The notes beneath the pieces were generated by a model. It was given only the letters and a program-made list of their open reading frames with translations, ran no database searches and was not told the DNA's origin. Position numbers and translations under genes: made by a program. Shown piece by piece: positions 1-26,615 of a DNA stretch of 64,000 nt (its first letter is position 1; every line of letters starts with the position of its first letter). The stretch comes from Macrostomum lignano (Eukaryota), in NCBI GenBank assembly GCA_002269645.1, contig NIVC01000382.1:434001-498000 (forward strand), read 5' to 3'.

Positions 1-1090
1 AACACCGTATGTGACCAAGCTGATAAGCAAGGGCAGCTTGTCGCTGATCTGCAACTCTACAGAGCTGCATGGCGACAGTGACAATAGTGTCGCGGATGGC
101 TCAAACAGGGATGTGGCACTTTAGCACCAGATTTGTGCAGGTGGCAAGGACATGGTTGGTATACTGCTTTCTACCAGCAGCTCTTAGCTCCTGCGTCTGC
201 AGTACATGCATCTGGCCAGCTTGGAATATGACCTGGAGCTGTTGGATCTGTTTGGTGTTTAGAGTACTGTATGTTTGAAGAACAATCCTTCCCAATCTCA
301 GTCATTCCCAATCTGACACCCAACCCTTGCACTATATCCAATGCACCATAGTGACAAGTCAACAACAATCTTACTCATGCAACTTATGCGACTTTTCAAA
401 GTAGCCAGCATTTCATGCATCTCGCGCAGCTCGGCATGCACCAAGGCATTTCTACGCTCAGCAGCAGCTTCCACTTGAGCAGCCTGGTGACGTTTCTTGG
501 CTAGCTTGGCCTCACTCATCTCTACCAGTTGCCGGCTTTTGCTGCTCAATTGCTGTCAAACTACATGCAGCCAATCTTTCAGATGCCGGACACACTGCAA
601 CCACACTTTTCGCTGTGGACACTTGGCCAGCTTATTGTGCAGCTTTTGTATAGTCACCTCTGACCGTTCCAGCTAGGCCAAAAGATAGCATACAGCTTCT
701 CAAAGGCCTGTATTGGTGCCCCACTCCTCTTCAGGGGACCAAGCAGCAGCAGTAGCAGAAGAAGTTTGGGTTGGCATGCTAGGAGCCGGCTGTGGCACAT
801 TTGCAGCTGGGACTAGTACCACTGCAGGAAAGGCGAACACTTTGTCCATATAGATGGCCCAGGCACTCTGCTTGCTAGCAGCTTTCTTGCGCACCTTCAA
901 ACTTTCCAGATCCAGTGCCTTTGCTTTCACTTTTGTTGCACATCTGCTTCAGTGTCAGCAGGCAGACAAAGACTGTCAGCCTAGGCTTTCTGCACCTCGG
1001 AGCTGGGTAACTTAGCCTTGATAGATGCCTCCAGGGTGGCAAGCATCAGACTGTTGCTACATGTAACTGGCTCAGTCATTGCACTGCAAA
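1..1090 (-). pseudogene. Degenerate coding-like remnant of unknown identity, possibly a decayed transposon ORF
   Basis: Several short minus-strand ORFs (700-930, 298-549, 101-295) lie end to end, broken by stops and frame changes. They read as protein-like text (e.g. GRKQYTNHVLATCTNLVLKCHIP). No family recognised. Confidence 0.3.
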
Positions 1091-3983
1091 GTGGTTATAG
1101 TGAAAAATTCAATGAATCAATCAAATGATGCAGGTAAACTATAAAGGTAGAGTCCATTACTGAATTGGGGCATGGCCTTTTAAAACATTAAAATCCATGA
1201 TTTAGTAGCATACTACTTAGTAAAGCATGAATCCCTCCTTGTCAGCTATAATAGTGCTATAGACATTTTTGGACAAGTATTTTGTGATGAATAAATAGAC
1301 TCCTACTCTAAACTTCCAGTGTTTGTATAACAACTACTAGTTATATTGACTCAAACAGTTACAAAAATAATTAAGACAACAATACATAAGAATTAAAAAA
1401 TCCACATGCAGTCCAGAAATGTACATACACAGCTGTATACTTGCAATCTTAAAGTGGGGATCAAGGACCACTATAACTTAGTTGAATCAGGAGATAACAC
1501 TCAAAATTGTTGCACATTTTTGAGGGCTCGCTTGTTTATGTATGTACTTGCATTGTTAAAGCTTTAATTCCTATTAAATCTATATTATTCTAGTGGTCCT
1601 AGTACCCAGTGGTACTAACACTGACCATATCACCCTGGCATCCACCAGCATCATATATACATCTATATACATGTACACTCATGAATAGATATAGCAGTTA
1701 TTCCTCATTTATAGTACATGATTTAGTATATTGTGATATTTGAAGTACATGATATTTGGAGTACATGATATTTGGAGTACATGATATTTGGAGTATGCTA
1801 TCTAGAAAGGCAGATCAGTTAATGGGATTTGGAGCTGGCTCTTCATTGTTTAAAAAAGGCTGGGCAAGGGTGAGAACCAGGTTGTTCACCTTGTCTTCGT
1901 AGTAACTAGGAATCCCGCTGGCTAAAGCTGAGGCTGTTAGGACATCGTTAAACAGAGTAGACCAATTTATGTCACCACTCATGTTAGTTTACCATACTAT
2001 AAGTCAAATATGCAGGTGAAAAATGTATAATAGTGTCAATGTCGCTACATACATGTATGCCTACACAACATACACTATACCAACCTCAACAGGACCTCAA
2101 CAGGATACTATATAGTAGGAACAACCCAAACAGACATCTACACTCAATGATAGACACAAACATACAAATTGTGTTTTAAATATACAAGTAATTACTTAAC
2201 CCCACTGTGGCATGTGCACTAGTGTAGGAGGGGGTGGGGAAAGAGGCAGAGATGGTGGAGGATTGCAACAATATAGGAGCAAGGGCAGTCTAAAAAAATA
2301 TTTGCCCAGTTCATCATCATTATTCTCTTCCTCTTGATCATCTTCTGCTGCATCTTGTTGCTGCATTTGAAGCTCCAACACCTGCTGTCTCTGCATGCCC
2401 ACCTGCTAGTAGCTGTTGCTGTTGCTCCAACAGCCGCTGTTGCTCCCCAGGCAGCCGGTCTAATGCAGCAAGCCTGTCTTGCTGCTGCTACATGCTGGGG
2501 TTGTGTACATTATGTGGCTGCAGTAATTGCTGCTGCTGATGCAGGTTCACTTGCAGCTGCTCAATTACTAGCTACTGTTGCTCCTTAAACTCTTCCTGCA
2601 AGTCCTCCAGATAAGGTATCACAACCTTGGGTGCCTTGTCCTCCATCATGTCCTCCTCTTTTGCTCATTATGTCAATCCATGGGTACCTATTATAGCTGC
2701 AAAAAGCAGCTATGCAGTAGTATTGCTGTCCTAATTACATATCTCCCACCATTTAGGCTATAGCCAACTATTATTTATCAACTATTTGCAATCCATCTAA
2801 GGAACTTGTCTCACTTCCCTAGTTAAAATGGTGTAGACAAATCAAGCAGCAGAATCAGATGTACACATGCAACAAAGCCTTCATATGATAAAATGAACAA
2901 CACAAGAAAAAAGTAAAACTAATCAGGATTAAAAAGCACCTCGAGTGCTGGCAGTTGCCAAACTGGCTAACTGTAGTTATAAAACATTTTGAAGCAAATG
3001 GCTCATTTCTAAGTTTGCATTTAATTTCTCTTGAAATAAAGTCTTTTACATGCAAAAGCAAACATTGAAGGCATTCAGAAGCTGGAGTTAAGGTATATGC
3101 TATATCCTATACATCACACAAAAATTCAAACATATCAGACACCTACAATTATTGCTAACAGAATGATAATTTATTAAGAAGCAAATAGAAGTCACAAAAT
3201 CTTCTCTGTAACACACTTCCCTGCACTGTATAAACCATATTCTAGTTAATAGACTGTCCAATGTCAGCCTTTGACCAATGACAGTTGGTACAAAACCTGT
3301 CTCAACATTTAAAGCTACAAGAGTGAGTAAAGGGGTTTCTTAAACTGTAATAGACATAGCTTTAGCCTATTTAACTCTAATTGCACTCTAACTAGCCTAC
3401 TAAGTTAGTATGAGTAGCTTTCTACAACTTAACTTATAGAAAGTTAAGCATCAGCACAATGATTCTTGGATGACTTTTTTGCTAAGTTAGAGAGTTGTTT
3501 GCTACAACTTTTTACTAACTCTTGTCACATTATTGTTTTAAACAGGTTAAGGTTGACAGGTGCTACATAGATTTTTAGACACCCTTGACATCTAGAGTGG
3601 CACTTTGGAAGACCCATTTTTATGAAAATAATGGTCAACCATTTGCATAATACTTACAGTAGGAAGTAAAAATGTTACTAATCAAAGTGATAACCTAGAA
3701 TCATTAGAAACACAAGTATTAGGCTTGCTTTCTATGACCAAGGCTCTCAACCCTAGGATAGAATATAAGTTTACTGATGGAACATTTTGATTTTGAATTT
3801 TGCTAGGATTTACGCATTTATCTTTGTCAATGTTCGACTCACTTGTTGAGCAATTGTCTAGAAAATGCTTTGTTGCTAGTCAATTAGATCTTTTTATAGG
3901 TAGGCATAAATAGAAAATAGTATGTTATTTTCATTTTTAGCATATGGACAAAAGCAAAAAAAGTATTATAAGACTTAAATTAC

Positions 3984-4063
3984 CAGTCAAGAAAAGTCAA
4001 TACAGGTTAGAATCATGACAACAAAATTGAATACTTCTAACCTATATTGACTTTTCTTGACTA
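3984..4063. repeat. Inverted repeat / hairpin, ~29-bp arms with ~22-nt spacer
   Basis: cagtcaagaaaagtcaatacaggttagaa (3984-4012) pairs with ttctaacctatattgacttttcttgacta (4035-4063), with only isolated mismatches. Confidence 0.8.
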
Positions 4064-4805
4064 GAATATGCCTTGTCTTGACTGGACTAGATTATGCTTA
4101 CTCAGTGTGAAAGCCCACTTAAATAAGATTTTGTTTTGGCATGGCACAGTGCCCTCACTTTGTTTGTTACAATTTAAATATATAAAACTTTATAATTAAA
4201 TTAGTTGTAAATCTTAGCTTTACCAATTTGTCTCTATTTTTTAGTATTAATAAAGAATTATTTTAAAATCATTTTAATATAGGTTAGCCTTGTTGAAATA
4301 TCTTCAGTTTTTGCCTATATTTACTATATATATTGAAAAGGCCTTTGAGTTGTGCTCTAGCCATAAGGCCTAACAATTTTTAGGCTATCAATCATTAATA
4401 GATCTCTTTTATTATACAAGAATAAAAGTATTTATTTCTGATCACATAGATAGACATAGACAGACCATTTTTAGTATATAGTAAGTATTTATTTTAACTT
4501 TGAAAGTTGAAAATAGTAGATGATTGTCAAGCATAATCATTTTATTTATATTTTTAATTCTTATATAGTTCTATCTAATTTATACAAATTTCAGTAAAAG
4601 TCTAGTCATTGTTCAAAACTATAACTTCCTATATACTAAAAATCATAGTCTAAATACAAAATTAACATAATACTATAAAATCAGCCCAATAAACTCACAA
4701 CCTTGGAAGGCATGGTTTGAATGTTATGTCAGCAGAAAGCTATGTGTTTGTGTATATAAAGTTAAAATGACACTGCAATTAACCCCCCCCTCCCCCTCCC
4801 CCTAG

Positions 4806-6796
4806 ATGACAACTCTTTACCAGCAGCAGCAGCAGCTGGCCTGCCTGACCTCACGGGTTTTGGCGGTCACCATCAAGCTCATCACAAGTCAAACAATTTA
4901 CAACTGTGGGGCAATCGAGAATCAATGAACTTGAACTCAATGGTGCTCACTAATATTAAACAGTCGCCATATTTTAAATATGAGCTAGCCGAGGTTAAAA
5001 CTTTTCACGAAGTTGTCGACGCAATTTACTTTAAGGTGAGTTCTGACTCATTAAGTGACTCTTTTGACCTGCAAAATTTTATGCAATCTTGAATATATTA
5101 CGAAGTTTTCACTGCATCAGACAAAGCAGATATCTGAGACTGTCTTGCCAGTCCTGGTCACTAGTCGTGAGCTGTTTGGTATTGGATAAATCATCATTGA
5201 TCTAATCGAGGGTGAGATTTTGCAGGTTTTGAAATTTAATTGTATAAGTACAAAACTGTCCCTAATGAAATATGCGATAGACAGTTGAATTATCAAATAA
5301 TATTGCCACATTTCAGAACACTTGTGAGTACTAAATCTCAGCCTACCATTCAATCTCCCAGCCTACCATTCAATCTCACAGCCTACCATTCAATCTCACA
5401 GCCTACCATTCGATCTCACAGCCTACCATTCAATCTCATTGCCTACCATTCAATCTCATTGCCTACCATTCAATCTAATTGCATACCATTCATTGCCTAC
5501 CATTTAATCTCATTGCCTACCATTCAATCTCACAGCCTACCCTTCAATCTCACTGCCTACCATTCAATCTCACAGCCTACCCTTCAATCTCACTGCCTAC
5601 CATTCAATCTCACAGCCTACCATTCAATCTCACAGCCTACCATTCAATCTCACAGCCTACCATTCAATCTCACAGCCTACCATTCAATCTCCCAGTCTAC
5701 CATTTAATCTCCCAGTCTACCCTTCAATCTCACAGCCTACCATTCAATCTCACAGCCTACCATTCAATCTCCCAGTCTACCATTTAATCTCCCAGTCTAC
5801 CATTCAATCTCACAGCCTACCATTCAATCTCACAGCCTACCATTCAATCTCACAGCCTACCATTCAATCTCCCAGTCTACCATTTAATCTCCCAGTCTAC
5901 CATTCAATCTCACAGCCTACCATTCAATCTCACAGCCTACCCTTCAATCTCCCAGCCTACCATTTAATCTCCCAGTCTACCATTCAATCTCACAGCCTAC
6001 CATTCAATCTCACAGCCTACCCTTCAATCTCACAGCCTACCATTCAATCTCACAGCCTACCATTCAATCTCACAGCCTACCATTCAATCTCACAGCCTAC
6101 CATTCAATCTCCCAGTCTACCATTTAATCTCCCAGTCTACCATTCAATCTCACAGCCTACCATTCAATCTCACAGCCTACCATTCAATCTCATTGCCTAC
6201 CATTCAATCTCACAGCCTACCATTCAATCCCACACCTAACTATTCTACATCTCATTTAGAACGTCTCCATTCCAATTTAACTGGTGCCGATCGGTTTTTA
6301 TTGTTTTTCAATAAGCCGTCACGTAAGCAACTACAAGATTTTGCCTCCAACCCCCATCTCCGGCTTTCCCAGGTGTCCCACCTGGAGCCCTGGGAGCGCG
6401 GTACTCGCCGAACCACCGGCCTAAGCGGCTCCAGCGGCGGCGGCCTCCAAGTTCGAGGCGTCGGTGCCGGCGGCGTGGTGAGCACCGCCTACTGCCTGCT
6501 GTACAAGCTGTTCACCCTGCGGCTGAATAGGAAGCAGCTGCAGACTCTGCTGGACCATCCGGACTCGCCTTTCATTCGCGCTCTGGGATTCATGTACATC
6601 CGCTACTGCTTGGATCCCAAAGAGCTCTGGGAGTGGTACGAGCCCTATTTTGACGACGCTGAGGTGAGTGTTGGTGAGTTGACTGGCACCGGTTTGCTGT
6701 TTTCACTTATTCCTTTTGTGTAATGCATAATTGTGCGTGTTTTTATATGCTGTTTTATCCTTTCGACTCATCTGAGCAGACAGACGCATACTTACT

Positions 6797-6843
<47 letters not shown>

Positions 6844-6844
6844 G

Positions 6845-6887
<43 letters not shown>

Positions 6888-6888
6888 G

Positions 6889-6923
<35 letters not shown>

Positions 6924-6924
6924 G

Positions 6925-6959
<35 letters not shown>

Positions 6960-6960
6960 G

Positions 6961-7001
<41 letters not shown>

Positions 7002-7038
7002 GTCTATCTATCTATCTATCTGTCTATCTATCTATCTG

Positions 7039-7101
<63 letters not shown>

Positions 7102-7138
7102 GTCTATCTATCTATCTATCTGTCTATCTATCTATCTG

Positions 7139-7169
<31 letters not shown>

Positions 7170-7261
7170 GTCTATCTATCTATCTATCTGTCTATCTATC
7201 TATCTGTCTATCTATCTATCTATCTATCTATCTGTCTATCTATCTATCTGTCTATCTATCT

Positions 7262-7338
<77 letters not shown>

Positions 7339-8598
7339 ATCTCTCTGTCTATCCACAGGAGCTGGACGTGAAGGCCGGGGGCGGCTGCCTCATCACCATC
7401 GGTGAGATGCTGCGCCAGTTCCTCACCCAGCTAGACTGGTATTCCACTCTGTTCCCGCGCATCCCGGTGCCAATCGAGAAAGACATCCGGGCTAAACTGC
7501 AGGACAGAGCCGCGCAGCTGCAGAGACAGCGCGGCAGGGAGGAGGACGGCCCCGCACGAGCGGCTGTCAAAATGAGCGACAGGTTCGCGAGAATCGGATT
7601 GCCTGCTGGTTCTGTGCAGCTAATTTTTATAGGCCGAGATGTACGAAAGAAGGGATTTAGGTTAAGGTAGCGAAGAAATCGGTGATTAAGGTAGCGATGA
7701 AAGGAGAGAGCTGCAGGTAGAGAATGAAGGAAGGGATACATGTAGAGAATGAAGGGAGAGATGTAGGTAGAGAATGAAGGGAGAAATACAGGTAGAGAAT
7801 GAAGGGAGAAATGCAGGTAGAGAATGAAAAGAGAGCTGCAGGTAGAGAATGAAGGAAGAAATGCATGTAGAGAATGAAGGGAGAGATGTAGGTAGAGAAT
7901 GAAGGGAGAAATGCAGGTAGAGAATGAAAAGAGAGCTGCAGGTAGAGAATGAAGGAAGAAATACATGTAGAGAATGAAGGGAGAGATGTAGGTAGAGAAT
8001 GAAGGGAGAAATGCAGGTAGAGAATGAAGACAGAGATGCAGGTAGAGTGAAGAGAGATGCAGGTAGAGAATGAAAAGAGAGAGATGCAGGCAGAGATGCA
8101 GATGGAGAATGAAAGGAGAGAGATGCAGGTAGAGAATGAAGAGAGTTGCAGGTAGAGAATGAAGAGAGAGATGCAGATGGAGAATGAAAATAGAGAGATG
8201 CAGGCAGAGAGTGAAGAGAGATGTTAGGAGAGAATACTGGTCAATCAATCCCTGTTTATCACCAATATTGCAGATCGAGATCCAGATCCCGTCTTAGATC
8301 GCATTCCCGGGATCGGGACCGCGAGCAGCGTCACAGCAAGTCGTGCGATTCTCGAGACCGTGACCGGGCACGTGATCGAGACCGTGATCGGGACCGTGAT
8401 CGTGATCGAGACCGTGATCGGGACCGTGATCGTGACCGTGACCATGATCGGGACCGTGACCGTGATCGGGACCGTGACCGACACCGGGACAGAGACCGGG
8501 ATCGCGACCGGGATAGAGAGGACAGGCATCGAAAGCACAGCAGCAACAAAGAGCATCATCGGCATCGAGACAAAGACCGTGACAGGCGGGATAGATGA
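4806..8598 (+). CDS. PRPF38B: Pre-mRNA-splicing factor 38B (PRP38 domain plus RD/RS-rich tail); 5' start unresolved
   Basis: Exons 4806-5035, 6373-6663, 7359-7582, 8274-8598, with GT-AG and consistent phases (0,0,2). Translation KSNNLQLWGNRESMNLNSMVLTNIKQSPYFK / VSHLEPWERG...VSTAYCLLYKLFTLRL...SPFIRALGFMYIRY / ELDVKAGGG...LFPRIPVP matches the PRP38B family. The last exon is RD-dipeptide rich. AATAAA near 8916. Confidence 0.95.
5335..6240 (+). repeat. 20-nt minisatellite (cattcaatctcacagcctac)n in a PRPF38B intron
   Basis: Exact 20-nt periodicity is visible, with variant units such as cccagtctac. Confidence 0.95.
6795..7350 (+). repeat. Compound microsatellite (TCTG)n grading into (TCTA)n, running up to the 3' splice site
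   Basis: Direct reading; the array ends ~8 nt before the acceptor AG at 7357-7358. Confidence 0.95.
7695..8225 (+). repeat. ~25-nt purine-rich minisatellite (gcaggtagagaatgaagggagaaat)n in a PRPF38B intron
   Basis: About 20 degenerate tandem units. Confidence 0.9.
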
Positions 8599-9164
8599 TT
8601 TATAATGGCACAATTTTAAGCATTTTTTCGTGCCCGTTGTAATATTCTGGCTGTCCTTAGTAAAATGATACGTCAATAACAAATTATCGTTTAGTGCAGT
8701 TTTGGCAGCTCTCAGTGTGCTTAAAATATAATTATTGTGAGGCTCTGTATGCGTCTTACTGTCTGATATTCCAGTAATAAGCAGTAATAATTTATATGTA
8801 ATTCTGCAACTTTATAGCTTCTCTATCGCATACATGCATAAATATATTTCGTAACTAATCAATACCTTATATGCATCGTTATTTGTACGTTTAACAAGTC
8901 AGCTTTGTGGTTTCAAATAAATATATGCTTGTACTTTTAATAATGTTCTTATAGTACATGTTATATATTTACTACTTGAGATTGTCCGTCACGGTAATTT
9001 TGTAGACTTTGTGAATTTTTACCATACTTGACTTATTTACCATTACCATCCTCTCTTCTAATTTCTCATGTCTGCTTCTGAGATTTATCTACTGAAATCG
9101 CTATCTATCTACTCCCTACTCTACCATATCTACCACTCGCTCTCCACTTTGCACTATGTTTCAT

Positions 9165-9410
9165 ACTTATTCTCTCTAGACTACCATATCCGCTACCTAC
9201 TCTCTACTCTACCAGATCCGCTACCTACTCTCTACTCTACCATATCCGCTACCTACACTCTACTCTACCAGATCCGCTACCTACACTCTACTCTACCATC
9301 TCCGCTACCTACTCTCTACTCTACCATATCCGCTACCTTCTTCTCTACTCTACCATATCTGCTACCTATTCTCTACCGTATCTGCTAACTACTCTACTCT
9401 ACCATATTCG
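9165..9410 (+). repeat. ~28-nt degenerate tandem repeat (tccgctacctactctctactctaccaga)
   Basis: Direct reading; intergenic. Confidence 0.8.
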
Positions 9411-10004
9411 CCACGTACATGTACTCACCAAGTCATGGGGTAAATTAGGGAAAAATTAACGTAAACAAGCAAAGTAGTTACTTTTGAAGCTTATAATATC
9501 GGTAGTGTGCATTGTGTTTTTATCAATTGTATTGCACACTATGAAACTAATTTATATTATATTTAGTGTCAGTTCAGTATGTATGATATATGTAGTGCGG
9601 CAGATCCGAGCAGCCTAATTAGCAAGTGTAAAGTGCAGAACAAGCTTGTGAAGTGCGATAAACTTGGGTTGCAAAATAATGATAATATTAGACTTCAAAA
9701 TCTAATTGAAAACCAGTTTTGCACAGCTAAAATTACTTAAGTTACGAATTACTGCAGAAGGTAGGCTAAAATTTCTAAGCTAAAAATCTGTTTCCTACAC
9801 GAACAGACCTATAACAAATCGAATTCCTATTCAGTATGGTCTCAAAAAGTTAAAATAACTTCCACAACAATGTCTACAACATCTAGTTTGTCTTCCAGAA
9901 AAATCCGGACAAAGTTGTCTCACTCACTTCAAAAAATTTAAGATGTAGAAATAACATTAACGTTTTTTCTTGCTAATGAATTTTGGCGAAACCAGCGATC
10001 TAGA

Positions 10005-10430
10005 CTAGAATAACTAGATGGGCCACTCGGCACATTTGCGTGTAAGCTACTTTCAGTTCAGTAGTGAGCTAAACTGAAGCATTTTAATGTATTTTAAAGC
10101 CAAGGCTCATTTATTGGCTCTTATCTTATCTTAGCTTAAACCCTCCAACCGCGCCTTTCCACACTGACCCCCCCGCTCCGCCCCAATTTTAATTGCCTTT
10201 CTCGGAACTGCCATGTACATTTCAGTGGACTGGCTAATGTACATTATTGCTGAACCAATTAGCAAGTTGTTAACGCCTGCAAGCTTGGGCTTCTAAACTT
10301 ATCAAAGTCATTTCAGCTGCCTTTATTTTTATAAAACAGCTTATGTATTCTTCTTTGCTACTGAACTGAAAGCAGAAAGCTGCTTTACTAAATATAAATG
10401 TGCCTGAGTGGCCCAACTAGTCATTTTAGT
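10005..10430. mobile_element. MITE-like element with ~60-bp imperfect terminal inverted repeats
   Basis: actagatgggccactcggcacattt...tttcagttcagtag (10013-10064) is the reverse complement of ctactgaactgaaa...aaatgtgcctgagtggcccaactagt (10358-10421). No ORF inside. Confidence 0.6.
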
Positions 10431-10718
10431 ATCTGTGGGCGAAACTGAGCCTTAAATTTGCTTTCCAAAAATACTTGCAAGTGTCCCGTATTCAAATTAT
10501 TCATTATCAAGTCTTCAGACGTTGGTGCCGTTCTCTTCCTGTTGTACAGGATCGTCAGCAAGGTGGCCGCCCATCAGGTGAATGGTCTGGTTCTGAAATG
10601 CGAGTGAAAAATATGAAACTTGGGGAGTGCAATAAGAATTTGGGATACGAGCTACTTCAGGGTAAGCTCGGCTTCGGTCGAAGCGTCTGCTTAAAAGAAA
10701 CTCAGGTCTACTTCAGGG

Positions 10719-17242
<6,524 letters not shown>

Positions 17243-17769
17243 GTCTGCTGCTTGAGCAATCCTACAGCTCCTAGGGAGGGGTCGAAGCATCCGAAGCCCC
17301 CTTTTATAGAATCTTTTATCGCTTAAGTCAGCGCAGTTTGCCAATTAAGGCTCTATCAAAGCCCGGATCGCGAGCGTGACACAACGAATGTTGAAGAACA
17401 CGCACGACAAAGACAACTAATTGATTGTAGGATAGTTCTAATTACTGGAACTGATAATACAGCGAATTTATAGGAAATTTACAATGCCAAAGTTTGTTTG
17501 AGATTGCCATGATAGAACTAATTGCTTTAATAATCAAAAGCGGGTGAAAGAGTTTGTGTTCCAGTGCCGCTCTCTCAAAAAAGGAAAATATGTTTATTCC
17601 CTAATTAACGCTTTGAAAATGGCACAGCACCCGCAACCCCGCCCTTGGAAAAAACGACTCACATTAACGAGCATCGAACGACAACTGAATCATTAAAACT
17701 GATGCAATTTTACACATACTGGGACTCTTTCATGGACCCACGAAGGTCGTGCAAATTGCATGACTTAGC

Positions 17770-18665
17770 ATCTAACTAAGCATCTAGCTAAGCATCTAGC
17801 TAAGCATCTAGCTAAGCATCTAGCTAAGCATCTAGCTAAGCATCTAGCTAAGCATCTAGCTAAGCATCTAGCTATGCATCTAGCTAGGCATCCAGCTAAG
17901 CATCTAGCTAAGCATCTAGCTAAGCATCTAGCTAAGCATCTAGCTAAGCATCTAGCTAAGCATCTAGCTAAGCATCTAGCTAAGCATCTAGCTAAGCATC
18001 TAGCTAAGCATCTAGCTATGCATCTAGCTAGGCATCCAGCTAAGCATCTAGCTAAGCATCTAGCTAAGCATCTAGCTAAGCATCTAGCTAAGCATCTAGC
18101 TAAGCATCTAGCTAAGCATCTAGCTAAGCATCTAGCTAAGCATCTAGCTAAGCATCTAGCTAAGCATCTAGCTAAGCATCTAGCTAAGCATCTAGCTAAG
18201 CATCTAGCTAAGCATCTAGCTAAGCATCTAGCTAAGCATCTAGCTATGCATCTAGCTAAGCATCTAGCTATGCATCTAGCTAAGCATCTAGCTAAGCATC
18301 TAGCTAAGCATCTAGCTAAGCATCCAGCTAAGCATCTAGCTAAGCATCTAGCTAAGCATCTAGCTATGCATCTAGCTAAGCATCTAGCTAAGCATCTAGC
18401 TAAGCATCTAGCTATGCATCTAGCTAAGCATCTAGCTAAGCATCTAGCTAAGCATCTAGCTAAGCATCTAGCTAAGCATCTAGCTAAGCATCTAGCTAAG
18501 CATCTAGCTAAGCATCTAGCTAAGCATCTAGCTAAGCATCTAGCTAAGCATCTAGCTAGGCATCTAGCTAGGCATCCAGCTAAGCATCTAGCTAGGCATC
18601 TAGCTAGGCATCCAGCTAAGCATCTAGCTAGGCATCCAGCTAAGCATCTAGCTAAGCATCTAGCT
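17770..18665. repeat. 12-nt minisatellite (catctagctaag)n, ~75 copies
   Basis: Exact 12-nt period; lies between the SLC7 stop codon and the guanylyl cyclase 5' end. Confidence 0.97.
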
Positions 18666-18692
18666 AATTTACTTAGCAGTAATAATCGGCTT

Positions 18693-25773
<7,081 letters not shown>

Positions 25774-26089
25774 TTTAGCTGCACAAGTTGATTCAGTACT
25801 CAGACAGAAAGTTCTGAACTTAAACTATTGGTTTTTAAATCTCTTTTTTATGAGCACTGCATGATTTTGGCGCATTCTGATTGGCTTATAAAAGTCAATT
25901 AATGATTGCCAGACTCAAAGTCATGTCGCTGCTGAACACTTTTCGGATTGGTCGATTCTGTGAAAAAACAATACGCATATGATACTACTAAAAGGGTATA
26001 AAAGTAGCTATTAAAGCGTGGAAATTAAATAAGAAATTAAACTGAGAAAGTAGACCGATAAATTTAGGCAAATATAAAGAATGTTTTAC

Positions 26090-26615
<526 letters not shown>

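Noticed and set aside
5240-7866. Long ORFs such as (LSIY)n, (VCLS)n and (SHSLPFNLTAYH)n
   Set aside because: They are translations of intronic micro- and minisatellites, not genes; the real exons are flanked by GT-AG and match PRP38B.
8245-8682. Minus-strand V/T/P/I-rich and SR-rich ORFs
   Set aside because: Alternative-frame or antisense readings of the RD-repeat exon of PRPF38B.
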